From Camelus ferus (Eukaryota), in the NCBI RefSeq assembly GCF_009834535.1, contig NC_045696.1, forward strand, positions 98,334,001 to 98,398,000: a DNA stretch of 64,000 nt. Reading direction: 5' to 3'. Position numbers and translations under genes: made by a program. Below, in pieces: positions 37,025 through 50,519 of this stretch (the stretch's first letter is position 1; each line of letters opens with the position of its first letter). The notes under the pieces are model-generated. The model had not been told where the DNA came from. It worked only from the letters and a program-made list of their open reading frames with translations, and did not search any database.

Positions 37025-40000
37025 ATTGTAAGGTAGGTCTAGCTCTTGGTCAAATAAATTATTTTCTATATTTCTAATGTTCTTTTAGCCCTATTTCTCA
37101 TATTTCTTATTGATTAAGGTATTTCCCTACTTGTTTATTATTGTTTCTAACTAGTTCTAATCTCTTTTTAAAAATGTCTGCATTTTGAGATATCTCAAAA
37201 TGTTTTTAAATACTCAGTTCATCACAATATCTGATTGTCAATTCAATAATTGCCTACAATTGCTTAGTGAGAAGTAAATTTAAGCGTAATTTACCAATGA
37301 CTTTTATTAGTTCATCAAAAACATATGATGAGAGAATCCTTAGCTTTTTCTAAGAAAGCATTTTTCTTAATCTAGTTTTATCCATGAGGGCAGAGCTTCC
37401 CCTTAACAAGCGTGGAATAAGTGCAGAGATGGTATTTTTCACGCAGGATGGCCAAACTGGTATATTGTATGACATATTCCTTTTTATTTTGTTGTTAGCT
37501 AACCGATCATCTAAAAAATACTGTGAGCTGATGGTCACATTGAATTTTTATGAAAAAAAGCATTTGGAATTTTGCAAAAGCTCTTTTTTCCTTTTTCCTG
37601 TTGCAATTTATGTTCATTCTAGATTTGGGGGGAAAAAAGCCTATTCTTTAGTGCTCAGGGAATATCAGCAAGAATGACTTAATTTGGGCAATTTTATTGA
37701 TTAATTTCCTTTGTCTGGAGATATTTGGAAACCCTGAAAATGTCAAAGTGAAATTAAGTCCTTTGTACTTAATTAAAAGGTTGTATGAAGTCATACATTG
37801 GTATGATGACTTCCAAATTCCTATTGTCAACACTAGGAGTCAAGCCCATTGAACCTTTTCCTGACTATGTTCAGAATAAGATAATAAATCCTCAATCATA
37901 TTTAAACAATCGGGTTTTCTCCCTATCTTATTCTCTTTATATCTTTGTAAGAAAAAGAAACCTTAGCCAAAAAGGAGGAAAATAGTGCATTTAACTAGGA
38001 CATTATACCATTTCTTGATGAATTCAAGTTATAATATATCTTATAAATAAAAATATGATGATGTTACCAAATCAGATGTTTCCAGGCTGTCATGTATCAG
38101 TGCGTGGTACCCCAGATCCTTAATATTGGATTATGTTATAATTCCAAAAGAACGCCTTGCTGTGTTGCCGCTGATGGAGCCAGCACTGCACGCCGGGCTC
38201 TGCTCTGGGACCTCAGTGTCAGGTGCAAGGACCCAGCCCAGTGCTTCCTACATGGCCTGGTTGATTGATGGAACAGGAGGAGGGGGCCTCACTGAGGCTG
38301 CTAGGATGGTTTTCTTGGCATTTTAATGCACTTCTTTTCCTGTGGATAGGAATCTCACTGCTTTTGAGGGTAATATGTGTCATTATTATTGCATACACAT
38401 ATTTTATTGCCAAGCAACCATTAGGAATTTGAAGCCCACGTTCTGCTACATTTATTTTGATCATTTTGCGTTTGTTCTCACCTCCAAGTAGTGTGGGGAG
38501 ATTTTGTCTAATCACATTTCATTTATGGTGAAAATGGTTTTGCGTTAGAAGTGATAAAGAAAGGAAAGCTTTTGTCAACTGGCAGTTACATGAACTTTGT
38601 TGGCATGTGATAATAAAATGCATGAAGCTTCTGAGGTATAATCTTGATTTTACTTTATAAACCTTGTGCATTTTACTCTGAATGCAAACTAACTTCTAGT
38701 TTCGGTAAAAATAAAACCAAATAGTTTTTTACTAATATTTATCTGTTTGACTATCTGGACACTTGTTCTTTAGGGATAGCCATCTTGAACTTGAGGTGAA
38801 ATTTAATTCAAGCCCTTTGGCAAAGCAACAAACTATCTGTACCCCACTACCTAGGAGTTTCTTATTTTATATCTCAATTCAAAAATATTTCAAGATCTTT
38901 TATTTCTTTGTCTCTTCTGTCCAGAATTGAGTATGTTGTTAGCAGTTTACACCAGCTTTTGACTGAACTGAGTTGATTTAGAGAGAAAAATGCTTTATTG
39001 CTGTATTATAGCGTTTGTATGATCAGAATTTTGGGATAAGTTAATTGACAGGTATTATATTGAAAGTCAGAATATGAATCCAAACACTTTTACTAAGAAA
39101 ATGGAAGAAACATCCTGATTCCAAATGCACCTCCACTCTCTGGCTCCTGGTGATGGACTGAGACTATGACATTTCATAACAAGTGACTTTTTATTGATAT
39201 ACCAATTAATATTAGCCATGATATGTCCTTTCTCAGGCTTATAACTTGTATTTCTGTCTAAAGGTGGGATATTTCCAGTACCAGTATGCTTATGTATAAA
39301 TGTGGAAATGTCTACATATAAACATCAACACACAAACTTTAAAGGGCACTGAATTAAAACATTTCAAAGAAACTTTTTGTTAACTGATGTGGATTATAGT
39401 TAGCAGGTAGTTCTTTCTAAAAGAAAGCTTTATTAAAATTACAGAAGAGACTGATTTTCACAACACCAGTCAAAGAATAAGAAGACAAAACTGATGAACT
39501 TAATTTTGTCATCTTGAGGTTAACGCCATCATTTTGTTGAGCAGTTCCCAATGTTTTGGCATTTCTACACTCCTTTATTAGAAAGAGAAGGAAAAATGTA
39601 ATATCTTAGTTCCTGGATGTCAACTCTTTTAGACAAAACAGATCTTTAATGCATTTTTTCCCCCAAATGCATGTCACAGACAATTACTTCTGAGGAGTAA
39701 GAGCACACACTACGTCTCCGGAAATAAAGCTGAAATCAGTAGTTTACAAGACTAAGAATCCAGGCCTATGTTAATGTAAGTTGACTGGCCTGGCAATAGT
39801 TTCTAAAATAGTATTTGTTTTATTGAAATTAATTCAGATTTGGTTGTTAACGTTTTATCATTTTTATATAATTAGTTTTAATGACTTTAGTTATCATAGC
39901 AATGGCCCATTTGAACCTTGAACTTTAAAGATACTGGATCTTTCGATTTAAAAACATTTGCTGTTCTGATTAAGTGGTGACATCAGAGTTTGACCTGGAA

Positions 40001-40349
40001 ACTGAATGCATAATTGTGTGATCGAGTCAGTGTAAAATTGGCCAAAGCTCTTCTGAAATTAGTGAAAATTGCCTCCAGTAGGCTGGGATGATGACTAACA
40101 AAGGAGCTCAACCAAAGTAACCAGTCACATACTCATGCTCTGGTTAAGAGCTCATTCAGCTCCTCCATGCTGATGCTTCCTCTGTCGATGGTGTTTCCTT
40201 GCCTCGGCCCACTGGGCTCTAAACCACAGAAACCTGCAGAATGGAAACATACCTCATTTACCTAGCTACTTGCAAACTCTGAGGGTGTTTTCTTCAGTTG
40301 TGTTTTATGTGGTCTGTATTTTGAGGGCATATATTGGGCTTAGTTCTTG

Positions 40350-42570
40350 TTTTTTAACTTTCTATTTTGAAATGATTATAGAGTCATAGGAAGTGGCAAA
40401 AATGTGCAGGTAGTTCCCATGTACCTTTCACCCAATTTCTCCCAATGATAACATCTTGCATAACTATAGCATAATATCAAAACCAGAAAATTAACATTGG
40501 CACAATCCACAGAGCTTATTCAGATGTCATCAGTTTGATATGCATTTGTGTGTGTGTGTGTGTGTGTGTGTAGTTCTATGCAATTTTATCACTTATTTAG
40601 ATTTATGTAATCACCATGACAACCAGGATATATAGCTGTTCCACCATCACAAGGCTTGCTCCTGCGGCCACTTATAGGCACATCCATCCCCCTTCTCCCC
40701 ACCTCTAACACTTGGCAAACACTAATCCATTCTACCTGTTTATAGTTATGTTATTTCAAGAATGATATACACAGAATCACACAGTGTGTAACTTGGTGAG
40801 ATTGGCTTTTTCATTCAGTGTAGTTCCCTTGATTTCAAACCAAGTTGTTAGTGTTTTAGTGATGGGTTCTTTTTTATTGCTGAGTAGCAATCCATGCTAT
40901 GGAGGTACCAGTTTGTTTAGCCAATTACTAATTGAAGGGTAGGTGGGTTGTTTCTAACTTTTGGCTATTACGAATAAAGCTGCTTTCCACATTCATGTAC
41001 AGGCTTCTGTGTGAATGTAACTTCACACAAAAACTGGGATAAAGGTCCAAGAGCACAATTGTTTGAGTGAACAGTAAGTGCATGTTTGGTTTGAGGAGAA
41101 ACTTCCAAACTGTTTTTCAGAGTAGCTATACTATTTTACATTTCTACCAGCAGTGTATAAGTAATCCAGTTTCTCTGCGTCCTTGTCAGCATTCGGTCTT
41201 GTCCCTATTTTTATTTTAGCTGTTCTAATAGCAGCTTAGTGAAATCCCACCTGTGGCTTAAATTTCATTTCCCCAATGGGAAATATTAAAAAGATCATGT
41301 CAAATACCTTTTCATGTGCTTATTTGCCACTTGTATATCCTCTTTGGTTAAATGTCTCTTCATGTCTTTTGCCCTAACTGATTTTTTTAAAACTGTAGAG
41401 TTTTTTTTTCCCCAAATATGTATTGTGTTCAAGTCACTTTGTCAAGGTCACAGTGGCTAACAATATAATATACATTGTACTTTCTTTTTTAAAATTACTT
41501 AAAAAATTTTTTAGCTGAATTATAGTTTTTGAGAGTTCTTTATATCTTCTAGATACAAGTCCTTTGTCAGATAAGTTTTCTCCCAGTTTGTAGCTTCTCT
41601 GTGTGCTCTCTTAATAGAGTCTTTTGCAGAGCATATTTTTAAATTTTGAAGCCCACTATATTGATCTTTCCTTTTATGATTGTGCTTTTGGCATCAAGTC
41701 TAAGAATTCTTTGCCTGCCTCTGAGTTCCAAAGATTTTCTCCTTTGTCATTTTCTAAAACTTTCATAGTTTTATTTTTTACATTTAAGTCTATGAGTCCA
41801 TGTATAAGGTGTGAAGTTTAGGTCAAAGTTCTTTTATTTTTTTCCTGTCTATGGATGACTAACTTCTCAAGCACCATTTGTTGGAAAGGCTATATACTTC
41901 TTTCATTGAATTGACTTTTCATCTTTGTCAGTATCACTTGGACATATTTGTGTGGGACTATTTCTAGTTCTCCATTCTGTTTCGTTGTCTACCGTTCTGC
42001 CAACAACACATGATCTTGAGTACTGGAGCTCTACAGTCTGACTTAACATTGGGTAGTGTGAGTCCTATTTTCTTCTTTCCTTTGAAAATTGTTTTAGCAA
42101 CTGTAGGCTCTGCTTTTTCATATACTTTGTAGACTAAGATGGCCTATGTCTATAAAATGCTAGAATTTTGAAAGGAATTGCATTAAACCTATAGAACAAT
42201 TTTAGGAGAATTAACACCTTTACTGTGTTGTATTTTCAAATCCGTGAACAAGGTATGGCTCTATTTATGTAGGTCTTTGATTTCTTTCATCAGCATTTTG
42301 TATTCATCATACAGATACCGTACATGTTTTGTTAGTTTCATACCAAAGTCTTTAATTTTCTTTGAATTGACTGTAAAAATGGTACTGTGTTTTAAACTTT
42401 GGTTTCCATATGCTTAATGTTAGTATATAGAAATATGAGTGATTTCTTTGTGTTGATCTTGTATCTTGCAGCCTTGCTAAACTAACTTCATGGGTCTAGG
42501 AGTTTTTTGTAGATTCCTTGGGGTTTTCTATGCAGAAAATCATGTCACCTGCAAATAGTATAGTCTTAGT
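40350..42570 (-). mobile_element. Old L1 (L1MC/MD-like) 3'UTR and ORF2, with (TG)n at 40547-40571
   Basis: cccaatgataacatcttgcataactatag...attggcacaatccacagagcttattcagat; ORF2 motifs as far as ttttgtagattccttggg. Confidence 0.85.
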
Positions 42571-42697
42571 TTTGGAGCTTATATACCTGTGCTTTTACAT
42601 TTATGATGAATATTTATTCTTTTTGAAATTATTCTCTATTATATGTGGTTTCTATAACTTGGAGTGGATCAAGGATATTCTAAAATAACTCCTAAGT

Positions 42698-43208
42698 CAA
42701 GTGGTTCTTAAAGTGTGATCAGGCACTCCCAGGAGTCCCTTGAGACATTTTCATTGGGCCCACAGGGTCAAATTTTTGTTGAAAATTATATTGGGATGTT
42801 ATTTGTCATTTTCCTCTTATTCTTTCATGAACCTGCAGTGGAATATTCCAGAGGCTATCTGACATGTGATATTACACTAGATTTAGGAATCCAGCAGTCT
42901 TCCATTATGTAACACATTGAATAGATTTGCAAAAGTGCAAAATAATATCACTCACTAATTACTTTTGTTTTAAAAAATATAGGGTTTTTTTTTGTAGATT
43001 AATGTATAGTAACATAAATATATGTTAACATGCATGCATTTATTTTAAAAATGAATTATTAAATAAACATCTAAATTTTCTCAGAAACTAAAATAATTTC
43101 TAATATGAAAAATATTGATAGATATAACTCATAAAGAAAAACTCTTTAAGGTTGTTTATAATTTCTAAGAGTTTGGGGCTCCAAATTGAAAAAGTTTGAG
43201 AATCTCTA
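42698..43208. mobile_element. Non-autonomous hAT-Charlie DNA transposon
   Basis: Imperfect terminal inverted repeats caagtggttcttaaa and tttgagaatctcta; internal cagtggaatattccagaggcta..tgacatgtgatat. Confidence 0.7.
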
Positions 43209-43509
43209 ATTTAGTTCAAAGTGAATTCTCTGGGTTACCAATTTATCATCTAGCACATTATCTGGTGTTAAATAAACATAGGTTGATTTTAAGAAAATAC
43301 CTTTATCTTACTAGTTTGTTTATGGCAGAGAAAAGGATTCTGTCAGCTTTACAACTCTTTCTTTGAATGAAATTTTACATGAAGGTCCAGAATTTAAGAG
43401 TGAGAACAGCTGCAGTGATAGGGCTCTGTCCTCACACCACAGGGGCCACCGTAGAACACATTCCAGGGATCCTTTGAACGTAATATGAAAATAGAGAATT
43501 AATTGCATA

Positions 43510-43605
43510 ACTATGTTCTATCAGCACTGAGGACTTAAATCCAGAATCATGCTTAGTGGCTGACACAGAGTAGGGCTCAACAAATGTGTCACATGGAATG
43601 ACAGA
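43510..43605 (+). mobile_element. L2 3' end
   Basis: agtggctgacacagagtagggctcaacaaatgtg...gaatga. Confidence 0.6.
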
Positions 43606-45215
43606 CTACTGGAATGTGGACATCGCTTCAGATCATTTTTGAAATAGTAGTCATTGAAGTGAAACTTTATCAACAGAAAAAAAACAAGCTTTATTTACAT
43701 GCGGTCATAGCCACTTAATGTATTTCACATCTAAGTGTATTCAGACAAATATCTGATTTACATGTAATTAATAAATGAATAAATAAGAAAACTTAGGCAA
43801 GAAGTCACTGTTGATGCTATGTTTCTGGGAAAGAAAGGGAATGCATAAAAGCTGAGAGGAAGGCTGCTTTACTTGTAGAATGTAAGGAAAATGACCAATC
43901 AAGAGCAGTTTTTAACAACACCTTCCTTATTGCATGAATTATGCCCAATTATTATCACTATAAATTTTCTCACTCATACAACTAAGCACATCCAAGTGCC
44001 TACTGATGATGTCTGCAGAGTAGAGAAGTGTTATAAAAGAAGACCCATCCATCAGACTAAATCATCATTGAAAGAAACAACATGTACCTTTCCTGAAGCT
44101 GTTCCAGAAATGAAAAAGAAAAAGATGATTATATTAATGGATGCACAGAAATTAAAAAAAATAAAAACTTGATGGGATAGTTTAAGGCAGTTGCTTGTTA
44201 AACTAGAAGGGCTTCTGCACAGTCTGGCTTGCCACATTGCTGATTCTCATGGGTTCCATGTGCTGTGACATTGGCCTTGGTTGGCTGTGACAGGAGTGAT
44301 TTCCAGTAGCTCTCCTTATCTCAAGACTAGGCTAAATGCAAACAAACTAAGGCCACCATGCCACCTAGGACCCTGTTTCTCACAGTCAGCCGGAAACACA
44401 TTCTTTATAAGATTTCTATTTTTATTTATAAAAAATGTGGGGCTGTTTGTTCTATCATCATTAAAACAGTCAGAGGATAAAGAAAGGTTGATGGATAACT
44501 TCCTGACATAAATGAATGTCTTTTTTTTAAAACTCCCCTAAGAGTAGAGGTCAGTAACATGCCCCAGGGCATGTTAAAACACAGATTTTACTACTTATAA
44601 GAGGAAACCTTGACAGTAATGTCCTAAGCTTGCTAAGAGTTCCATGCAAGGCAAAGCAAAGGAAGAAGGGTTGAATAAAAGTGAAGGAAAGCACTATCAT
44701 CCAGTGATGAACTGCATGTTCTCATTAATATTTGTACCCAATCAGTGGATATATCATTTATTCCTGGCTATAATTCCAGAAGAGGCAGGAACATCTTAGC
44801 TCCAGAGCAAGGGAGGCCACAGCTGGCTCAGATTTCCATGCCTGCTTGCCCTCCAGTGTACCTGGTACATTGTTATTTGCTTGCAATGAGAAGACACGGT
44901 CCATGGAAACAAAGATTTCTGTTTACTTTACCACTGTCTAGCCATTGCACAAAACAAACTTTCCTTATATGTATATCTATGTAAAGTTTCCAAAAGTGAA
45001 TTTTTGGGTTTGGTTGTGTTGCTCTTTATTAGCTGAAAGAGAAGAATAATACAGACTTTCAAGGACAAGTTAATAAGAATCACAAAAAAGAATCCCTGTA
45101 AATGTGACTCATACACACATTATAGAAATTACGTCTCCAGTAACATTCCTACTTGCAGGGCAAATATCATAAACACCAACTATAGTAAAATTTAAAGATT
45201 TTTGTCAGCTGATAG

Positions 45216-45545
45216 CAATGATTCTCAAACTTTTTCATCTCAGGACCACTTCACATTTTTAAAATTTATTGAGGACCCTAAAGATGTGCAATATTTATAG
45301 ATATTTACCATATCAAAAATTAAAATGGATATAATTTTATAATATTTATTTATTAATTCATTAAAATAACATAGCATATTTTTATAGACATTTACTACAG
45401 TTCCAAAACATAAAGTGAAAGGGTAGCTTTTTTTTTTTTTAACAGTTTTGCTAATCTCCTTAACGTCTAGCTAATAGAAGCTACCCACTTCTATTTCCTA
45501 TCTGCTCCTAATTTCAATCTATTGCAGTGTCTCATATGAGATTGA
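45216..45545. mobile_element. hAT-Charlie fragment
   Basis: caatgattctcaaactttttcatctcaggacc...ttattgaggaccc...gatatttaccatat. Confidence 0.65.
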
Positions 45546-45588
45546 AAAAGACAATGCCTTTTGTTCAAGTAAGTAGATCCACAAAATA

Positions 45589-47722
45589 TCACAGATAACA
45601 TTATACTTAATGGTTAAAGAGTGAATACTTTTCCCCTCAGATCAGAAACAAAGTAAAGATATCTACTCTCACCTCTCTTATTCAGCATGGTACTGGGAAT
45701 GTTAACCAGTGCAACAGGGAAAGAAAAAGTTAAAAAAAAAAGGGGGGGGCATACAGATTAGGAAGCAAGAAAGAGAACTGTCCCTATTTGCTGATGACAT
45801 AATTGTCTACATAAAAAGTCCCATGGAATCTACGAAACAAAACAAAAACAAGTACCCTCCCCCAAAAAACTGCATAACTAATTACGATCTTGCCAAAACA
45901 GCAAGATCATAGGCTACAAGATCACTATTAAATGTTTAAAAAATTTCTACATGCTACCAATAAAAATGTAGACATAGAAATTAAAATACAATATGATTTA
46001 CAAGCACTCAAAAAATGAAACACTTAAGTGTAAATCTAACAACATATAATATAGAATTTATAAGCTTTAAACTATAATATAATTAAAGAAATAAAAATAA
46101 TCTAAATAAATGTTTATGGACTAGAGGATAACATAGTAAAGATGCCAGTTCTCCTCAAATTGATATACAGATATAACACAATTCCCATCAAAACACCAGC
46201 AAGTTTTTTTAATAAGCATATACAAACTTACTCTAAAATTGTATGGACTTGAAAAGGGCTTATAATAGCTAAGACATTTGGAACAGAAGAAAAAAGTGGG
46301 AGGAGTCTTCCTACATAGGTTCAGTAATTATGATTGGCAAAGTGATAGATCATTGAAACAGAATAGAGTACCTAGACATAGACCAACACATATATGCCAA
46401 GTGACATTTGACAGAGGTGCGAATGCAATTCAATGAAGAAAGGACAGCTTTTTCGACAAATGGTTCTGGAGCAATAGGACATCCATAGGCAAACAATCGA
46501 ACCTCACTCTGAACTTTACACCCTATACATAAATTAAAATGGATCATTAACTCATAAGTAAAATTATAAAATTTTTAGAAAAAAGTATGGGGTAATCTTT
46601 GAGTTTTGAGGCTAGGCCAACAGTTCTAACTTAGACTTGACATCAAAACACAATCCATAAAAGGAAAAATTGGTAAACTCAATCTTATCAAAATTAAAAA
46701 CTTTTGCTCTAAGAAAGACCCTGTCAAGAGGATGTAGACAAGGTATATACTTGGAGAAAATATTTGCTAATGACGTATCTGACAAAGGACTTTGTCCAAA
46801 ATATATGAAGAACTCTCAAAGTCCAACAACAAACAGACAAACAATTCAATTAGAAAATGGATAAGAGATGTGAAGAGACTCTTCCCTGAAGAGGATATAT
46901 ATAGATGGCAAATAAGCACATGAAAAGCTATTCAATATCATTAGCCATTAGGAAAATGCAAATTTGAGCCATGATGAGATATCACTATATAGTTATCAGG
47001 ATGGCTAAAATGAAAAATAGTGATGACACCAAATGCCGGGGAGGATGTGGAGAAAGTGTTGGTGGAATGCAAAATGACATGGACACTCTCGTAGACAGTA
47101 CAACAGTCTCTTAAAAACTATGCATACAACTACCTTCTGACCAAGCAGTGGTGCTCCTTGACATTTATCCCAGAGAAATGGAGACATGTTCACACAGAAG
47201 CCTGTACACAGATGTTTAGAGCAACTTTATTCATAATAGCTCCAAGCTGGAATCAGTCCAGATGTCCTTCAGCAAGTGAATGGCTGAACATACTGTGGTG
47301 CATCCGTACCTATATCCATACCATGGAATATCAGGAAGAGCCAACAAGTTGGATAAACATCCAAATACCAAAAGTTATATACTCTATGATTACATTTGGA
47401 TAGCATCCTTTACATGTCGAAAGTACAGAAGTGGAGAACAGATGATTGGTTGCCCATTGTTAAGGACAGCAGGCAGGGTGGAAGAGGAAAGTCACTGCTT
47501 AAAAGAGTTACTCTTAAAAGAGTAAAAGGAAGACGCCTGTGGTGATGGGATGGTTCTGTATCTTGACTGTATCAGTGTCAGTGTCCTTGCTATGATATCG
47601 TGCTACAGCTTTGAAGATGTTACTAAAGTTTGGGGAAAACTGGGTAAAGGGTACTTGGAATCTCTCTGTGTTATTTCTTTCAACTACATTTGAAGCTACA
47701 ATTAGCTCTCAAAATAAAAATT
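45589..47722 (+). mobile_element. Old L1 (L1MC/MD-like), 5'-truncated, ORF2 RT to 3' end
   Basis: LSLFADDIIVY in ORF 45709-45912; IKLKTF/EKIFAN-like motifs; 3'UTR ending tctcaaaataaaaa. Confidence 0.9.
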
Positions 47723-48352
47723 ATGTATTTGGCAAAGCTTTAATTTGTAAACTGGAGATAACTTCACTGACTTTGGTATCTAGAATGGCATAGAGCTAGT
47801 TAAAATTAGTTTCTTGATTTTTAAAAGCCTGAAGATGTCATGACTAGTACTATTCTAAGAATTTAAGTTAACACTTTTCACAATAGTGGAAGAGTGTGTA
47901 CTAGGAGTGTTAAGTTTCTTCTAAATATGTTGTAACTGGGATCATTTAACTGGTGTATTCTTACTCTTGTAAAGTTACAACTGCAAGATCTTTGTGACTT
48001 TTCAGATCTCATAAGCACTAAAAATTTGTTGCCAAGGAAAGCTGCTCATTTTCAACTGTGTTTTCATTGTCTTAAAGGACTTATTCAGGAGCTCTTGCTT
48101 GCAGTGATAGTGGGAGAGAATGTAAAGGGATAGATAATCTAAATGAATGTACTGAGAAATGGCATTTTGATATCTATAATCCAATTTTCTTTCAAATGAT
48201 CAGAGTTTTATACTTTAAGTGGTGTCAGCATCAAGGGAGTTTTGGTATATTGATTTTTAAAAACCACCTAAGGGATAAATCAATTTGTTTATTTTGGTGT
48301 AACCTATTTAAATTATATTGGCGTAGTATTAATAGAAAGAGCAGAATGGGTG

Positions 48353-48720
48353 TTGTTAAAGACGAAATATTTGTGCCCCTCCCCAGATTCACATGTTGAA
48401 ACCCTAACCCCCAATGTGAAGGTATTAGATGATGGGATCTTTGGAAGGTGTTTAGGTCATGAGGATGGGGTCCTCATGAAAGGCACTAGTGCCCTTGTAA
48501 GAAAAGGAATGAAAGAGGTGATCTCTGCTCTCTGCCCTGTGATGGTATAATGAGAAGATGGCTATCTGCAAACCTGGAAGAGTGTTCTCACCAGGCACTA
48601 AATCTCTTGACACCTTGATCTTGGATTTTCCAGTTTTCAGAACTGTGAAAAGGAAGTTTGTTGTTTAAGCTATCCAGTCGACAGTATTTTTTTTTACAGT
48701 AGTCCAAGCTGACTAAAACA
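48353..48720 (+). mobile_element. MaLR MLT1A-like solo LTR
   Basis: attcacatgttgaaaccctaacccccaatgtga...ggtcatgaggatggggtcctcatga...accttgatcttgga...gctgactaaaaca. Confidence 0.9.
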
Positions 48721-48782
48721 GATGTTATTATAGTACTTTAAGAATTCATAAGGGTGATTATATGAAAGGGTGAAAAATTAGA

Positions 48783-48796
48783 GTTGCCATGGAAAC
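48783..48796. promoter_or_regulatory. RFX X-box motif GTTGCCATGGAAAC
   Basis: 13/14 match to palindromic GTTGCCATGGCAAC, next to a locally GC/CpG-richer non-repeat patch. Confidence 0.5.
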
Positions 48797-49269
48797 CTGT
48801 CTTGCAGAGGCCAGAGCCTCTTGCCGTGTGGTTTCACAGAAAGAACAGGACCGGCTGAGGAGGCCTGCCCGCTGACCTGGCCCCCAAGACAAGATGCCAT
48901 TCAGTAAAGTGATTCCCCTTAGCATCTCAGTGTCTGCTGTGGGAGGTTGGAAGGCAGTTAGAAAAGCGAAAAGGACTGATTGTTTTCCTTTTATCTTGTA
49001 GGATTGGGAGGAAAAAAAATATAAAAACCTTTTCAAAGGGTCCTTTAGTCAAGCTATTGAGTCTATAAACCTCTTGAGCGTGGGAAAACACTCTGCTTGT
49101 TCTTATCTGCGTCTGTAGACAGACCAGTTAGAGTTAATTGGAGCAGCATTGTTTTCATAAAAATACTAAGAGCCTGTGTATCACTTTTGACCAAATATAA
49201 AAAGTTATTTATGCCAGCAAAAATAATATAGACATTAGCACATTATAAAAAATAACACTTCCTTAGCAA

Positions 49270-49400
49270 TTACTGAGTCTAATCTCCTTATTTCACACAT
49301 GCGGGAAACCAAAGTTCTGTGAAGTGAGTGGATTTCCAAAGACCAAAAACTAATTAGTGGCCAAGCAAGTTCCAGACTCTAGGTCTTTGACTTCAAGCTC
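49270..49400 (-). mobile_element. MIR
   Basis: ccttatttcacacatgcgggaaacc...tttccaaagacca...attagtggc...aggtctttgacttc. Confidence 0.65.
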
Positions 49401-49529
49401 ATGGTTGTTAATTATGCTATTTTATTAACAGACAAGATGTATTCTAGTGACAAACTGTCTTTTTTTTTTTTTTTTTGTCCTTCCTCTCCTCAAAATGGTA
49501 GGAAAATATAGAATGCATAAATACTCTAT

Positions 49530-49988
49530 AATGTTTGCTGCAGCCATTTGGAATGGTGTAACAGTGTATTTGAGGCCCTGTCCAGTGTTCTTCCCATTTT
49601 GCAGAGGCTGGGAAACAAAAAAATTGTATTTCCAAGATTCCCTTCGGGTAGATTCCTAAAGTTATTTGCTTTCTGCCAATTATGTGCATTGTGGCAAGAC
49701 TTGGATTCAGGTCTGAGTTATGAGGGGAGGAAGACAAGGGACAAGTCATCCACTTCATGGCATGGTCATGGTAGAGGCAGCTGGCTTCTGCAGTTGTGGC
49801 TCTCTGCTGCTCCGGGGCCTTGTTCCCACTCACAGACAATGCAGTGTGATTCTGAGTGCTGGGAGTGACCTGGAAGTTTACCCTAGAGCCCACTCCCCCA
49901 CCTATAATATACCTGGTTGCAAATTCCTTTTTGCTTAACTTTATTAGAGTGCTTTCTGTTATGTTCAGGCGAACCCTAAGCAACTCAG
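49530..49988. mobile_element. Old ERVL-type solo LTR (LTR33/LTR50-like)
   Basis: gaggctgggaaac...tatttccaagattccctt; 3' aaattcctttttgcttaac...tttctgtt...gaaccctaa. Confidence 0.55.
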
Positions 49989-50519
49989 GGTTATAGGATG
50001 AAAAACAAGTAAAATATACTAAAATGCAGAAATGGAAACCTGAGGGTCTTGAACTAAGAAAGGAAAGTGGGGTTTGGGCTATTAGGAGATGGGGCCTGTT
50101 TCAGGGGAAAAAAAAGAGCTTTGGAAGGAAACATGATTCCAAGTCCTAGAAGAAATCAGTGGTGATAGAGTCCCTCTTATACTATGACTGCATTCTACAA
50201 ATGAACCTCCAGCAAGCACATGGGCCCCTTCTGAGTACCTGTATCACCAGTTGGCCTCGTGGAAATTGCATTAAAAGAAGTAAAGAAGTATGACTTCAGA
50301 GCAGCTTTGTAGTAGACTTTCTGTGTTGGCAAAGTATCTCCTGATCTGCTTGCTGAGGTCTGAAATTTCTGTATCAGGGAGCAAATTATACGTAATTAGA
50401 AATAAAAGTGTCAAAATGCAAATGCTGATTGAGTTGATGCACAAAACTCATTAATAGCAAAGGGTAATCGGTTAATTTAGAGTTAATGGTCATTTTAAAA
50501 CTCATTGTTTTGGTCATAG

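Noticed and set aside
40350..47722. Inverted old L1 pair as a dsRNA source
   Set aside because: Both copies are old and heavily diverged, so stable long pairing is unlikely
49444..49983. 179-aa ORF
   Set aside because: Lies within an LTR-like element, ends in an A-run and has no recognisable domain
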